A stretch of 64,000 bases of DNA, taken from the NCBI GenBank assembly GCA_964586785.1, contig CAZPHS010000002.1:74502-138501 (forward strand), in the 5' to 3' direction. Numbering within the stretch: the stretch's first letter is position 1; every line of letters begins with the position of its first letter. A program made the translations under genes and the position numbers. The DNA is from an uncultured Christensenellaceae bacterium. GTDB lineage: Bacteria > Bacillota > Clostridia > Christensenellales > SZUA-584. Under the pieces are notes generated by a model. The model had not been told where the DNA came from, did not search any database, and worked only from the letters and a program-made list of their open reading frames with translations. Positions 1 to 8,393 of this stretch are shown here, piece after piece.

Positions 1-1127
1 AAACAACCAAGCGTATGGGCGTTTTCTCGTGCAGGCTGCGCACGGGGCTTTTCTGGTACTATTTCGATAAAAACAATAGTCCCCCCGCGGTAACCGGCGA
101 TGCGATAAACCCTTGCATACGTCTTTACACAAAGGACAGCAACGGCTATCTGTGGCGTGTCAGGGTACACGAGAACACCATCTCTCTTGAGGTTTTTCAT
201 TCCGTTTCAGACGGATACGGCGGAATAACTTTTTTAAAAACGCTTGTTGCTCAATATCTTATGCTAAAAGGGCATCATATACCCGCCACTCACGGCGTTT
301 TAGATTGCGGCGAACAGCCGTCGGAGGAAGAAGCCGAGGACGCTTTCATACGTTTTTATAACAAAAAGGCCGTTCGTTCCTGGAAAGAATCCCGCGCGTA
401 CCATTTCGCCGGCACAAAAGAGCCGGGACACACGCTTAATGTAATACGGGGTATAGTATCAGTTAAGAAATTAAAAGAGATAGCAAAAGGGTATGACGTT
501 TCGCTCACCGAGTTTTTGGTTGGAACGTATATGTACGTTCTTTACCTTATGCAGCAAAAACAAAGCCCCAGAAAGGTTCTTCCCGTTAAAGTTTCAGTGC
601 CCGTAAACCTGCGCTCTTTCTTTGATACAAAAACGCTGCGTAACTTTTCATCCTACGTTAACCCCGAAATAAACGCTAATTGGGGCGATTACAGCTTCGA
701 GGAAGTTTTAAGCGTCGTTCATCATCACCTAAGGCACGAGCTTACAAAGAAAAGCCTTTCGGCGAAAATGTCCAAAAACGTAAAAGCCGAAAAAAATATA
801 TTCGTGCGTATAATGCCCCTTATAATGAAAAACAGGGCTATAAGCCTTATATTCCATCTCGCGGGCGAAAGCCGCATGACAAGCACGCTGTCTAATATCG
901 GAGTTATAGAAGTCCCTCGGGAAATGGCGGCGCATGTCGAGCGTTTTGACGCAATGCTCGGAGCTCCCCGCCAAACGGGCATCAACTGTGTGGCGTGCGC
1001 GTACGACGATACCCTAAGCCTGTGTTTTTCCAGCGTGATTAAAGAAACCGATATCGAGCTGGAGTTTTTCACTTTACTAGTAAAACTGGGCGTTCACGTA
1101 AAAATAGAAAGCAACAGGGGGATTTAA
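1..1127 (+). CDS. Condensation-domain/alcohol-acetyltransferase-like acyltransferase; 5' end lies outside the window
   Basis: ORF 15..1127 stays open back to base 1. FHSVSDGYGG is the HxxxDG catalytic motif of condensation/WS-DGAT/AATase-type acyltransferases. The stop TAA is 1 nt from the ATG of the next ORF. Confidence 0.6.
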   Translation, partial: TTKRMGVFSCRLRTGLFWYYFDKNNSPPAVTGDAINPCIRLYTKDSNGYLWRVRVHENTISLEVFHSVSDGYGGITFLKTLVAQYLMLKGHHIPATHGVLDCGEQPSEEEAEDAFIRFYNKKAVRSWKESRAYHFAGTKEPGHTLNVIRGIVSVKKLKEIAKGYDVSLTEFLVGTYMYVLYLMQQKQSPRKVLPVKVSVPVNLRSFFDTKTLRNFSSYVNPEINANWGDYSFEEVLSVVHHHLRHELTKKSLSAKMSKNVKAEKNIFVRIMPLIMKNRAISLIFHLAGESRMTSTLSNIGVIEVPREMAAHVERFDAMLGAPRQTGINCVACAYDDTLSLCFSSVIKETDIELEFFTLLVKLGVHVKIESNRGI

Positions 1128-1128
1128 T

Positions 1129-1830
1129 ATGTCTTATTGTGTTAACTGCGGCGTTGAACTGGCGCCCGAGCTTCGCGAATGTCCTTTATGCTCGACCGCC
1201 GTTATTAATCCCGCCGCCGCGCCAACCAATTTTCAGACTGCATTTGCGCAAACACGGGACGAACAGAAAAAAATAAACCGGGGCTTTTGGATTAAGTTCA
1301 ACTCAATACTCGCCGCGGTGCCTATAGCAATATGCGTTTTATGCAATTTGCTTCACGACAATACTCTTAACTGGTCGCTTATTGTCAGCTCCGGCGTTTT
1401 TATCGTTTGGTCTTTATGCACTTCCCCCTTTCTCTTTAAACGCTTTAACTACATAAAAATGCTTATAGCGGACTTTTTAAGTATAAACGCCGCGCTTTTA
1501 TTTATTCAGTTGCTACTTCCGCAAAAACCGTGGTTTATATTCCTTGCGCTTCCTATTACTTTGTTCTGCCTTCTTTTTTGGTTACCGGCCATATTTCTTA
1601 TAAAACGCGGCAAAATAAGAGGCCTTCGGATTGCCGCGGCCTTTTTCGTTTTCGCTACCCTAGTGGTTGTAATGATTGAAATGCTTCTGTCTTTATATAA
1701 CTGTAACGCCGTTATTCTTGCCTGGTCATGGTTCGCGGCCGCTCCGTGCATTTCCATAATCGCGCTTTTAATACTTTTGGACAGCAACGAGCTGGTGCGG
1801 CACGAGCTTGCCAAGCGCCTGCATTTTTAA
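1129..1830 (+). CDS. N-terminal zinc-ribbon fused to a multi-pass membrane domain (DUF6320-like)
   Basis: MSYCVNCG...CPLCS (CxxC-x13-CxxC) is followed by several hydrophobic helices. Translationally coupled to the upstream acyltransferase. Confidence 0.6.
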   Translation: MSYCVNCGVELAPELRECPLCSTAVINPAAAPTNFQTAFAQTRDEQKKINRGFWIKFNSILAAVPIAICVLCNLLHDNTLNWSLIVSSGVFIVWSLCTSPFLFKRFNYIKMLIADFLSINAALLFIQLLLPQKPWFIFLALPITLFCLLFWLPAIFLIKRGKIRGLRIAAAFFVFATLVVVMIEMLLSLYNCNAVILAWSWFAAAPCISIIALLILLDSNELVRHELAKRLHF

Positions 1831-1840
1831 TTGTATGCCG

Positions 1841-3133
1841 TTAATCGAGCGTAAACCGCAGTTCGTCTATCTCGTCCGCCTTTTCGCGCCTTATGTCGGC
1901 GCCCAGCATTTTTAGTTTTTCTTCTATATGATCGTAGCCCCTGTCAATGTACTGCACGCCCGTTATTTCAGTTTCTCCGTCAGCCATAAGTCCGGCCACT
2001 ATAAGCGCCGCGCCCGCGCGCAAATCCGTCGCCCTCACAGGCGCGCCCGTCAGCCGCCGCACGCCCTCAACAACGCATACGCGCCCGTCTATCTGCACAT
2101 TGGCGCCCATACGCCTTATTTCATTTATATGCTTAAAACGAGATTCGAATATATTCTCAACTATTACGCTTACTCCCTCCGCAGTGCTTAAAAGAACGGT
2201 GGCCGGCTGCTGAAGGTCGGTAGGGAAACCGGGATAAGGCAGCGTTTTTATGCTTACATGTTTAGGACGCTTAGAGCACATAACTCGCAGCGTATCATCG
2301 CCTTCTTCCACATCTATGCCCATTTCCATCAGTTTTGCCGACAGCGCCTCCATATGAGTGGGGATTACATTTTTAATAGTTAAATCTCCGCGTGTCGCCG
2401 CCGCCGCAATCATAAGCGTGCCCGTTTCAATCTGGTCGGGTATTATTGAATAGCTGCATCCGTTCAGCTTTTCAACGCCCGTGATTCGTATAATATCGGT
2501 TCCGGCGCCTTTTATTTTCGCGCCCGTGCAGTTCAAAAAGTTTGCCACGTCAACCACATGGGGTTCCTTCGCCGCGTTTACAATTGTGGTTTTGCCCCTT
2601 GCCCTGGCGGCGGCAAGCATAATATTAATCGTGGCGCCTACAGAAACAACGTCAAGATATATGTCGGTTCCCTTAAGACCGTCCGGCGCCCACGCCTTCA
2701 GCTTGCCGTACTCGGTTTTTACCGTGGCGCCCAGCGCCTCCATGCCTTTTATATGCTGGTCGATAGGGCGAAGACCTATTGCGCAGCCGCCCGGCAAGCT
2801 TACCTCGGCCTTTCCGAAACGCCCAAGCAGCGCGCCCAAAAAATAATACGACGCGCGCATAAGCCTAACCGCGTCGCTGTCGATTACATGAGAGGTTATG
2901 CCCTCCGCGCCAATTTTCATTACAGTCCTGTCAAGCACAATTTTAGCGCCTATATGGTCAAGCAAATAGGCCAGCAAACGCACGTCTTCAATATCAGGCA
3001 AATTGTCTATTACGCATTTACCTTCGCAAAGTATCGCGGCGGGGATTATGGCGACGGCGGCATTTTTTGCTCCGCTTACGCTTACTGCACCTTCAAGCGG
3101 CTTACCGCCCCTTATTACGATTTTTTCTTTCAT
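1841..3133 (-). CDS. murA: UDP-N-acetylglucosamine 1-carboxyvinyltransferase
   Basis: 430 aa. N-terminus [27 protein letters not shown] and overall EPSP-synthase-fold pattern typical of MurA. Confidence 0.95.
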   Translation of the reverse strand: MKEKIVIRGGKPLEGAVSVSGAKNAAVAIIPAAILCEGKCVIDNLPDIEDVRLLAYLLDHIGAKIVLDRTVMKIGAEGITSHVIDSDAVRLMRASYYFLGALLGRFGKAEVSLPGGCAIGLRPIDQHIKGMEALGATVKTEYGKLKAWAPDGLKGTDIYLDVVSVGATINIMLAAARARGKTTIVNAAKEPHVVDVANFLNCTGAKIKGAGTDIIRITGVEKLNGCSYSIIPDQIETGTLMIAAAATRGDLTIKNVIPTHMEALSAKLMEMGIDVEEGDDTLRVMCSKRPKHVSIKTLPYPGFPTDLQQPATVLLSTAEGVSVIVENIFESRFKHINEIRRMGANVQIDGRVCVVEGVRRLTGAPVRATDLRAGAALIVAGLMADGETEITGVQYIDRGYDHIEEKLKMLGADIRREKADEIDELRFTLD

Positions 3134-3196
3134 TTAGTATAAGCGCGTAAAAAAGCGCGCAACCCTCCGTATTGATTTGCGCATTACATACAGTTG

Positions 3197-3225
3197 AGTA
3201 TAACAGGTTATATCAAGTGTATCAA
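3197..3225 (-). promoter_or_regulatory. Candidate sigma-A promoter for murA (-35 TTGATA, 17-nt spacer, -10 TATACT)
   Basis: Read on the minus strand: TTGATAcacttgatataacctgtTATACT, about 65 nt upstream of the murA ATG. Confidence 0.45.
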
Positions 3226-3231
3226 TATAAA

Positions 3232-3254
3232 AAATGCCGCCGTATTTTAATAAT
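3232..3254. repeat. Copy 1 of a 23-bp perfect direct repeat AAATGCCGCCGTATTTTAATAAT
   Basis: Identical 23-mer at 5845-5867 in the same orientation. The two copies bracket the srtB/surface-protein cassette. Confidence 0.9.
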
Positions 3255-3279
3255 TTGCGTTACCGGTACAGTTAACCGC

Positions 3280-4110
3280 CTAATCACGCTTGGCGCTAGC
3301 GACTATAACAAACTGACCGTTTTCCGCGTGATACGAACATGTAACAAGTGTCAAAAGCATATCGCCGTAACAAGCGGCGCCGCCCGTATCATACAGCGAA
3401 AGCGCCTTAACGTTTGCTATGTATTCGTCAAATTCCCGCTCATTATCCGCGTCCAGAAAATTATAATACTTAAAAACCGCATCTTCTTTTTGATAAATCC
3501 GGCTTTTAAAAACCGCTATAATTTCAAACTTTTGCGATTTATATAGCGTGTCAAACAAAATTATGGGGTGTTCTTTAAAATAATACTCGTTTTCATAATT
3601 TACGAGTGCGGTAAACATACTGCCGTTTTTCATATGGTGCCCGTAGATTATAGTATTAGCTCCAAACGGCTGCACCGCGCACCTTCCGTCAATAAACGGC
3701 ACGCCGCTTTTCGATTTTTCTTTATCAAAGTCGTGAGACGCGTAAAAATCATCTCCGCTGTACATTACGGGATAATCAATGGACGTACCGTCAATCTTAA
3801 CCCACCCCGCCATATCGGCGTTTTGTTCATACAGTTTTTTATATTGTGGCAGCATGGCGTTTGCGCCTTCTGCCTGTACGGTAAAAGAAACTGCTTCGGT
3901 GTCGGCCCCGGGGTAAACCGCTTTTTCACCGGCTATAGCGGCCAGCCTTTTAAAGTTATCTTTTTCTTTAGCGTCTTGCGCATAATCAGTTATTAGAATT
4001 ATTGATGATAGTATAAAAAATGCTGAAAAAATCCCAAGCAAAACATACCGCAGTTTTTGTTTACTATGCGGGCGCCTTTTCCATAGCATAAATAATCCCT
4101 CTCCGTACAA
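3280..4110 (-). CDS. srtB: Class B sortase
   Basis: N-terminal membrane anchor, YGHHM histidine region, and LLTLVTCSY (TLxTC catalytic cysteine motif). Size and layout fit SrtB. Confidence 0.85.
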   Translation of the reverse strand: MYGEGLFMLWKRRPHSKQKLRYVLLGIFSAFFILSSIILITDYAQDAKEKDNFKRLAAIAGEKAVYPGADTEAVSFTVQAEGANAMLPQYKKLYEQNADMAGWVKIDGTSIDYPVMYSGDDFYASHDFDKEKSKSGVPFIDGRCAVQPFGANTIIYGHHMKNGSMFTALVNYENEYYFKEHPIILFDTLYKSQKFEIIAVFKSRIYQKEDAVFKYYNFLDADNEREFDEYIANVKALSLYDTGGAACYGDMLLTLVTCSYHAENGQFVIVASAKRD

Positions 4111-4135
4111 AACGCAAATAACGTTTTATTAAAAG

Positions 4136-5602
4136 CTACTTCTTCAAAACTTTCTTTTTCCTCGGCGCAATCAAAAACACAATTCCGATAAACGATGTCA
4201 CGCACAGCGTCCACCAAATCCAGTAACTATCGCCGGCGCCCATCTTTGGGATATCGTCGTCGGGAGTATCGTCGTCGGGAGTATCGTCGTCAGCCAGAGG
4301 GGTCGCGCTGATTTCCGCTGTCTCACCTGCGCCTGCGCCATTTATCGCGCGCACCATAAATGTGTACGCCACGCCGTTTGTAAGTCCTGAAAATGTATGC
4401 GTATCGTCACTGTCGGCGTCCACCCAGCTTTGCCCCGCGTCTTTTGAAACTTTATAGCCCGTAACAGCAGAGCCGCCGTCGTTTGATGGAGGAGACCAGC
4501 TCAGCGTCGCCACAGTATCGCCGGCTGCAACCGTAAAGCCCAAAGGCGCCGAAGGGGCTGTCGCTACATCCTGCGCCCTTAAAACGGTTATAGTATATGT
4601 TTTCGGGCTTTTATTATCTTCTGTTGAAACCACCGTAATAACTTCCGGTACGCCCTGCGTTAAGGCGATAGCGCCCGACGCGGCGCCGCTTATAACCTGC
4701 GTTCCGTTTACAGTTATTGTTCCCGCGCCTGTGGGAGTAACTGTTATGCCCTCCACGCCGCTTGCCACAGCCACATTGCTGTACGTATAGACATTGCCGG
4801 CAAAACTAAAATTCTCCGGATCTCCGCTCAGCTCTATATTTTCAAGATCTGCGGATTTGGGCATGGGCACTTGGTTGTTAACGTAATGATCGGAATCCGC
4901 CGCCAATGCAACGCCATAGTATGATTCGACCGTTCCCGGGGCGTATGACAGCCTAACGGTCTGGCCATATTCTATTGGGCTTTCCAGCCGCAGCACATAT
5001 GAGCTGTCAAAATACGGCTTTCTGTATATCTGCGTTACATCAATACTAACGCCGTTTGCGGTTACGCTAAAACCGTCGGGCGCCGCGGGAGGATCGGCCA
5101 TCCGCATCGAAAAACCAACGCTTAAATACGTGCCGTCATTGTTTGTGCTGTTATTATCGTCCTGAGTTGTAATCGAAAATATTGTTGGCGCGGATAATTC
5201 CAAGTCATTGGTTACGGATAAACCGTCAAAGCCTTCAAGCAAATCGCCGTCTTCGGAGCATATTGGATTGTATGAATCCGGAGTATAAGATAAAGTGACG
5301 GTATCGCCCGGTTGAATACCGGTATGCAAATTCAATTCATACACCCTCGGGTTGCCTACGTATAGGTTTACCGAGTTGACTTGACGCGGATTACCGTTTA
5401 TTGTATATGAAAAACCGGCGTCCCCCCAACCGAACGGGTCTATCATATCCCTGTCAAACCTCAGTGTTATTTTGTGTTGGGCTGTTATCTCCGCGGTAAA
5501 CTGAGGCGCGTCATCTGCCAACGCCAACCGCGGCGTCAACACCGACAAAACCAATACTAACGACAAAACCAGCGATAAAAAATTCCGAATCGTTCTTTTC
5601 AT
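4136..5602 (-). CDS. Cell-surface protein: signal peptide, two Ig-like repeats, cadherin-like beta-sandwich, FN3, acidic linker, C-terminal sorting-signal-like tail
   Basis: Signal peptide ends ...PRLALADDAP. FN3-like WSPPSNDGGSAVTGYKV. C-terminus is PKMGAG, a hydrophobic helix, then RKKKVLKK. The GGAG SD is 8 nt from the second ATG at 5602; the ORF track starts at 5608. Confidence 0.8.
   Translation of the reverse strand: MKRTIRNFLSLVLSLVLVLSVLTPRLALADDAPQFTAEITAQHKITLRFDRDMIDPFGWGDAGFSYTINGNPRQVNSVNLYVGNPRVYELNLHTGIQPGDTVTLSYTPDSYNPICSEDGDLLEGFDGLSVTNDLELSAPTIFSITTQDDNNSTNNDGTYLSVGFSMRMADPPAAPDGFSVTANGVSIDVTQIYRKPYFDSSYVLRLESPIEYGQTVRLSYAPGTVESYYGVALAADSDHYVNNQVPMPKSADLENIELSGDPENFSFAGNVYTYSNVAVASGVEGITVTPTGAGTITVNGTQVISGAASGAIALTQGVPEVITVVSTEDNKSPKTYTITVLRAQDVATAPSAPLGFTVAAGDTVATLSWSPPSNDGGSAVTGYKVSKDAGQSWVDADSDDTHTFSGLTNGVAYTFMVRAINGAGAGETAEISATPLADDDTPDDDTPDDDIPKMGAGDSYWIWWTLCVTSFIGIVFLIAPRKKKVLKK
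4252..4291. repeat. 15-bp tandem repeat (2.7 copies) encoding the (DDDTP)n acidic linker
   Basis: tatcgtcgtcgggag occurs twice plus a partial copy. It translates on the minus strand to DDTPDDDTPDDDIP. Confidence 0.8.
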
Positions 5603-5844
5603 ACTCATATCTCCACAATACGTTAATCATTTTGTTTAATTTAAGCCGCTGAACAGCTTATCTTTATGTAATGGGAAACAACCGTTGCCAGTGAGTTATA
5701 CATGTCAGCGTTACCCGAATAATATCACAGTTAAAAACGAGTTACAAGTAAAATAGCACTTTATATACAAAATGCTTCCAAAGATAAACACACACATGAA
5801 ATATAACTGATTTTTTACGGACGACTGACGTTATAGTCTTGGCT

Positions 5845-5867
5845 AAATGCCGCCGTATTTTAATAAT
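5845..5867. repeat. Copy 2 of the 23-bp perfect direct repeat AAATGCCGCCGTATTTTAATAAT
   Basis: Exact match to 3232-3254. Confidence 0.9.
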
Positions 5868-5883
5868 CTTTTGTGTTCTTCGT

Positions 5884-5912
5884 TTGACCGCAACGCGATG
5901 CTGTCGTATACT
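5884..5912 (+). promoter_or_regulatory. Candidate sigma-A promoter (-35 TTGACC, 17-nt spacer, -10 TATACT) for the DnaD-domain gene
   Basis: TTGACCgcaacgcgatgctgtcgTATACT lies 70 nt upstream of the ATG at 5982. The GAAGGAG SD is at 5970. Confidence 0.5.
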
Positions 5913-5981
5913 GTCATCAGGCAATAATACGGGTGTGCGCATGGCCGCGGCGACACTAAAAACTTATGAGGAAGGAGCCTT

Positions 5982-7412
5982 ATGCAGCTTAAACTTAAAT
6001 ACCATTCAACCGGAACGCTGGTGCCCAACAGGTTTATAGAAAACTGCGTAAACGCTCCGGATAAATTTATAAGCGTATACCTGCTTACGCTAAAATACGC
6101 GTCCGTAAACGGCGCGGCGGATATAGATATATTATGCGCGCGTCTTGGAATGACAAAAGAATACTTTTTTGAGGTTTTTGAATACTGGCAGAAAAAAGGG
6201 TTTATGCGCATAATTAACGATACCGATATGCGCTTTGAGTTCGGAGACTTTACCCCCTCCGTTTTAACGGAGGACGAGCTTTACACCGAACGCGAGTTTA
6301 ACCAGATGCTGCAGAATCTTTTTGGATCGCGGCAGTTATCGCCGCATGATTATATCAGAATATACGACTATACCGATATGTTTGGGCTCGGGAAAAAAGT
6401 GGTGCTTGCGCTTGTAGAATACTGCATTATGCAAAAAGGCAGGCGGGTTTCGCTATCGTACATAGATAAAGTTGCGCAGGCATGGTCTGAAGAAGGGCAC
6501 ATAACAACCGAGGAACAGGCGAGGGAGTTTATAGCGCAAAGCAAAGCCGCTTCAATGGGCGTAACGCGCGTTTTAAAACAGCTTGGCCTTTCAAACCGCA
6601 CGCCAACCAAGGACGAAACCGAGCTTTTTGAAAAATGGACCCGCGACTGGGGTTTCACTCTGGACGCCGTACTTACCGCATGTTCTCAAACAACGGCGGC
6701 GCGCGAGCCCAGCTTCAAATACTTAGACAGAATACTTCAAAGGCTTTATACACGCGGGCTGATTACATCCCGCACCATTACAGAATCTAATATTAAAAAC
6801 GAGGATATGTCTATTTCCATAAAGGAAGTGATGCATCTTGCCGGCGAAGTAAGCCTTAAACTGTCTTTTGAGCAGGAAAGCCTGTATCAGAAATGGACTA
6901 ACGTATACGGCTTTGACCAAAGGCTTATCGTCTTTGCCGCAAAAAACGCAAGCCTGCGCGGCAAAAACCCCTTTATATCTCTCGACGGCGTTTTAACCGA
7001 CTGGTACAATAACCATGTGACGACTATAACAAACGCGCGGCGGTACTTAGCGGCGCAACAATCGCTTAACGAACGCATAATGGCCGTATTCGAAACGGCG
7101 GGCATAAACAAAACGCCAACCGAAGCCAATCGCAAGGTATATATGCGCTGGAACGAAACATGGGGCATAGGTCACGACGCTATATTGCTCGCGGCGGAAA
7201 TAAGCACACTTTCGGATAACCCGTACAGATACCTGAATTCCATTTTGTCAAACTGGCACTCCGCGGGCATCAAATCGCTTGCGGACGCGCAGCGCGATGC
7301 CAAGAAAAATGCGGGCGGCAGTCCCGCCGCCGCTAAAGCCGCGTATTTTGATCGCCCGACCGAAAATTACGATCATCTCGCGTTAAACCCTTTTGCGGAC
7401 GGAGGAGCGTAA
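5982..7412 (+). CDS. DnaD-domain replication/primosome protein (DnaB(Bsu)/DnaD family) with multiple DnaD C-terminal-type repeats
   Basis: Repeated Y/F-x-K/R-W-x3-W/Y-G-F...IL..W motifs (FEKWTRDWGF, YQKWTNVYGF, YMRWNETWGI). Followed by a DnaI-like loader. Confidence 0.8.
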   Translation: MQLKLKYHSTGTLVPNRFIENCVNAPDKFISVYLLTLKYASVNGAADIDILCARLGMTKEYFFEVFEYWQKKGFMRIINDTDMRFEFGDFTPSVLTEDELYTEREFNQMLQNLFGSRQLSPHDYIRIYDYTDMFGLGKKVVLALVEYCIMQKGRRVSLSYIDKVAQAWSEEGHITTEEQAREFIAQSKAASMGVTRVLKQLGLSNRTPTKDETELFEKWTRDWGFTLDAVLTACSQTTAAREPSFKYLDRILQRLYTRGLITSRTITESNIKNEDMSISIKEVMHLAGEVSLKLSFEQESLYQKWTNVYGFDQRLIVFAAKNASLRGKNPFISLDGVLTDWYNNHVTTITNARRYLAAQQSLNERIMAVFETAGINKTPTEANRKVYMRWNETWGIGHDAILLAAEISTLSDNPYRYLNSILSNWHSAGIKSLADAQRDAKKNAGGSPAAAKAAYFDRPTENYDHLALNPFADGGA

Positions 7413-7415
7413 ACT

Positions 7416-8342
7416 TTGAGTATATCCAATGTTCTGGCGGCGTTTGAGCAAAAAAAAATGCGCAACGAACAGGAGATGGAGCGCCGCAAACGCGAGGTAT
7501 ATCTGCGCGTACCGCAGCTTAAAGAGGTAAATGCTCAACTTGAATCACTGCTTTCAAAGCGCCTTATGAATGCTATTACGGGCGAGCCCTTCGACGAGAA
7601 CAAGCTTAATGAGTTGCGCGGCAAGGCGGCTTCTCTTCTTAAGCAAGCCGGATTCCCCGCGGTTTATCTTAACCCCGTTTACTGCTGCTTAAAATGCAAT
7701 GATACGGGTTTTCTGCCCGATGCGGAACATTGCGAATGCTTCAAAAAAATGCTTCTTGAAGACAAGCTTGATTCCGCCCGTTTAACCGACAAATCAATAA
7801 GCTTCGAGCATTTTTCTCTTGATATTTTTGATGATACTCCTATAGAACAAGATAAATCGCAGCGCGATTATATGCTGAAGTACAAAGACATTTTTGAGCG
7901 TTACGCGGAAAGCTTTCCGGATTGTATTCCCATACTTTTATTTGCCGGCAGCGCCGGGCTCGGTAAAACATACTGCGCCAAATGCATAATGCGCCGCGTT
8001 ATAGAACGCGGATACACCGCGGCTCTTTATACCGCGTACCGCCTTTTTTCAATGTTCCACGCGCACCGCTTGGGAGAAGAAATAGATCTGAACCCTCTTT
8101 TTGAAGTGCCGCTGCTTATTATAGACGACCTTGGAACCGAACCGATGACGAAGAACGTGACCATCGAATATTTTTTCGACCTTCTTAACGAGAGGTTTTC
8201 GGCAGGCCGTCATACAATAATCGCGACGAACCTTGGGTTTCACGAGTTAAAGCTGCGCTATGACGATCGTATACACTCAAGGCTTATGGATACGCGGTTC
8301 TCGCAAAAGATAATTTTTAAGGGTAAAGACTTACGGTATTAG
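7416..8342 (+). CDS. DnaI/DnaC-like AAA+ helicase loader
   Basis: TTG start 8 nt after GGAGGAG. Cys-rich N-terminal module CCLKCNDTG...CEC, Walker A GSAGLGKTY, Walker B LLIIDDLG. Confidence 0.8.
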   Translation: MSISNVLAAFEQKKMRNEQEMERRKREVYLRVPQLKEVNAQLESLLSKRLMNAITGEPFDENKLNELRGKAASLLKQAGFPAVYLNPVYCCLKCNDTGFLPDAEHCECFKKMLLEDKLDSARLTDKSISFEHFSLDIFDDTPIEQDKSQRDYMLKYKDIFERYAESFPDCIPILLFAGSAGLGKTYCAKCIMRRVIERGYTAALYTAYRLFSMFHAHRLGEEIDLNPLFEVPLLIIDDLGTEPMTKNVTIEYFFDLLNERFSAGRHTIIATNLGFHELKLRYDDRIHSRLMDTRFSQKIIFKGKDLRY

Positions 8343-8393
8343 CCGTCATTTAAGGGCATAATGATAGAAAAAGCTATATTTTTGGGGGAAGCC

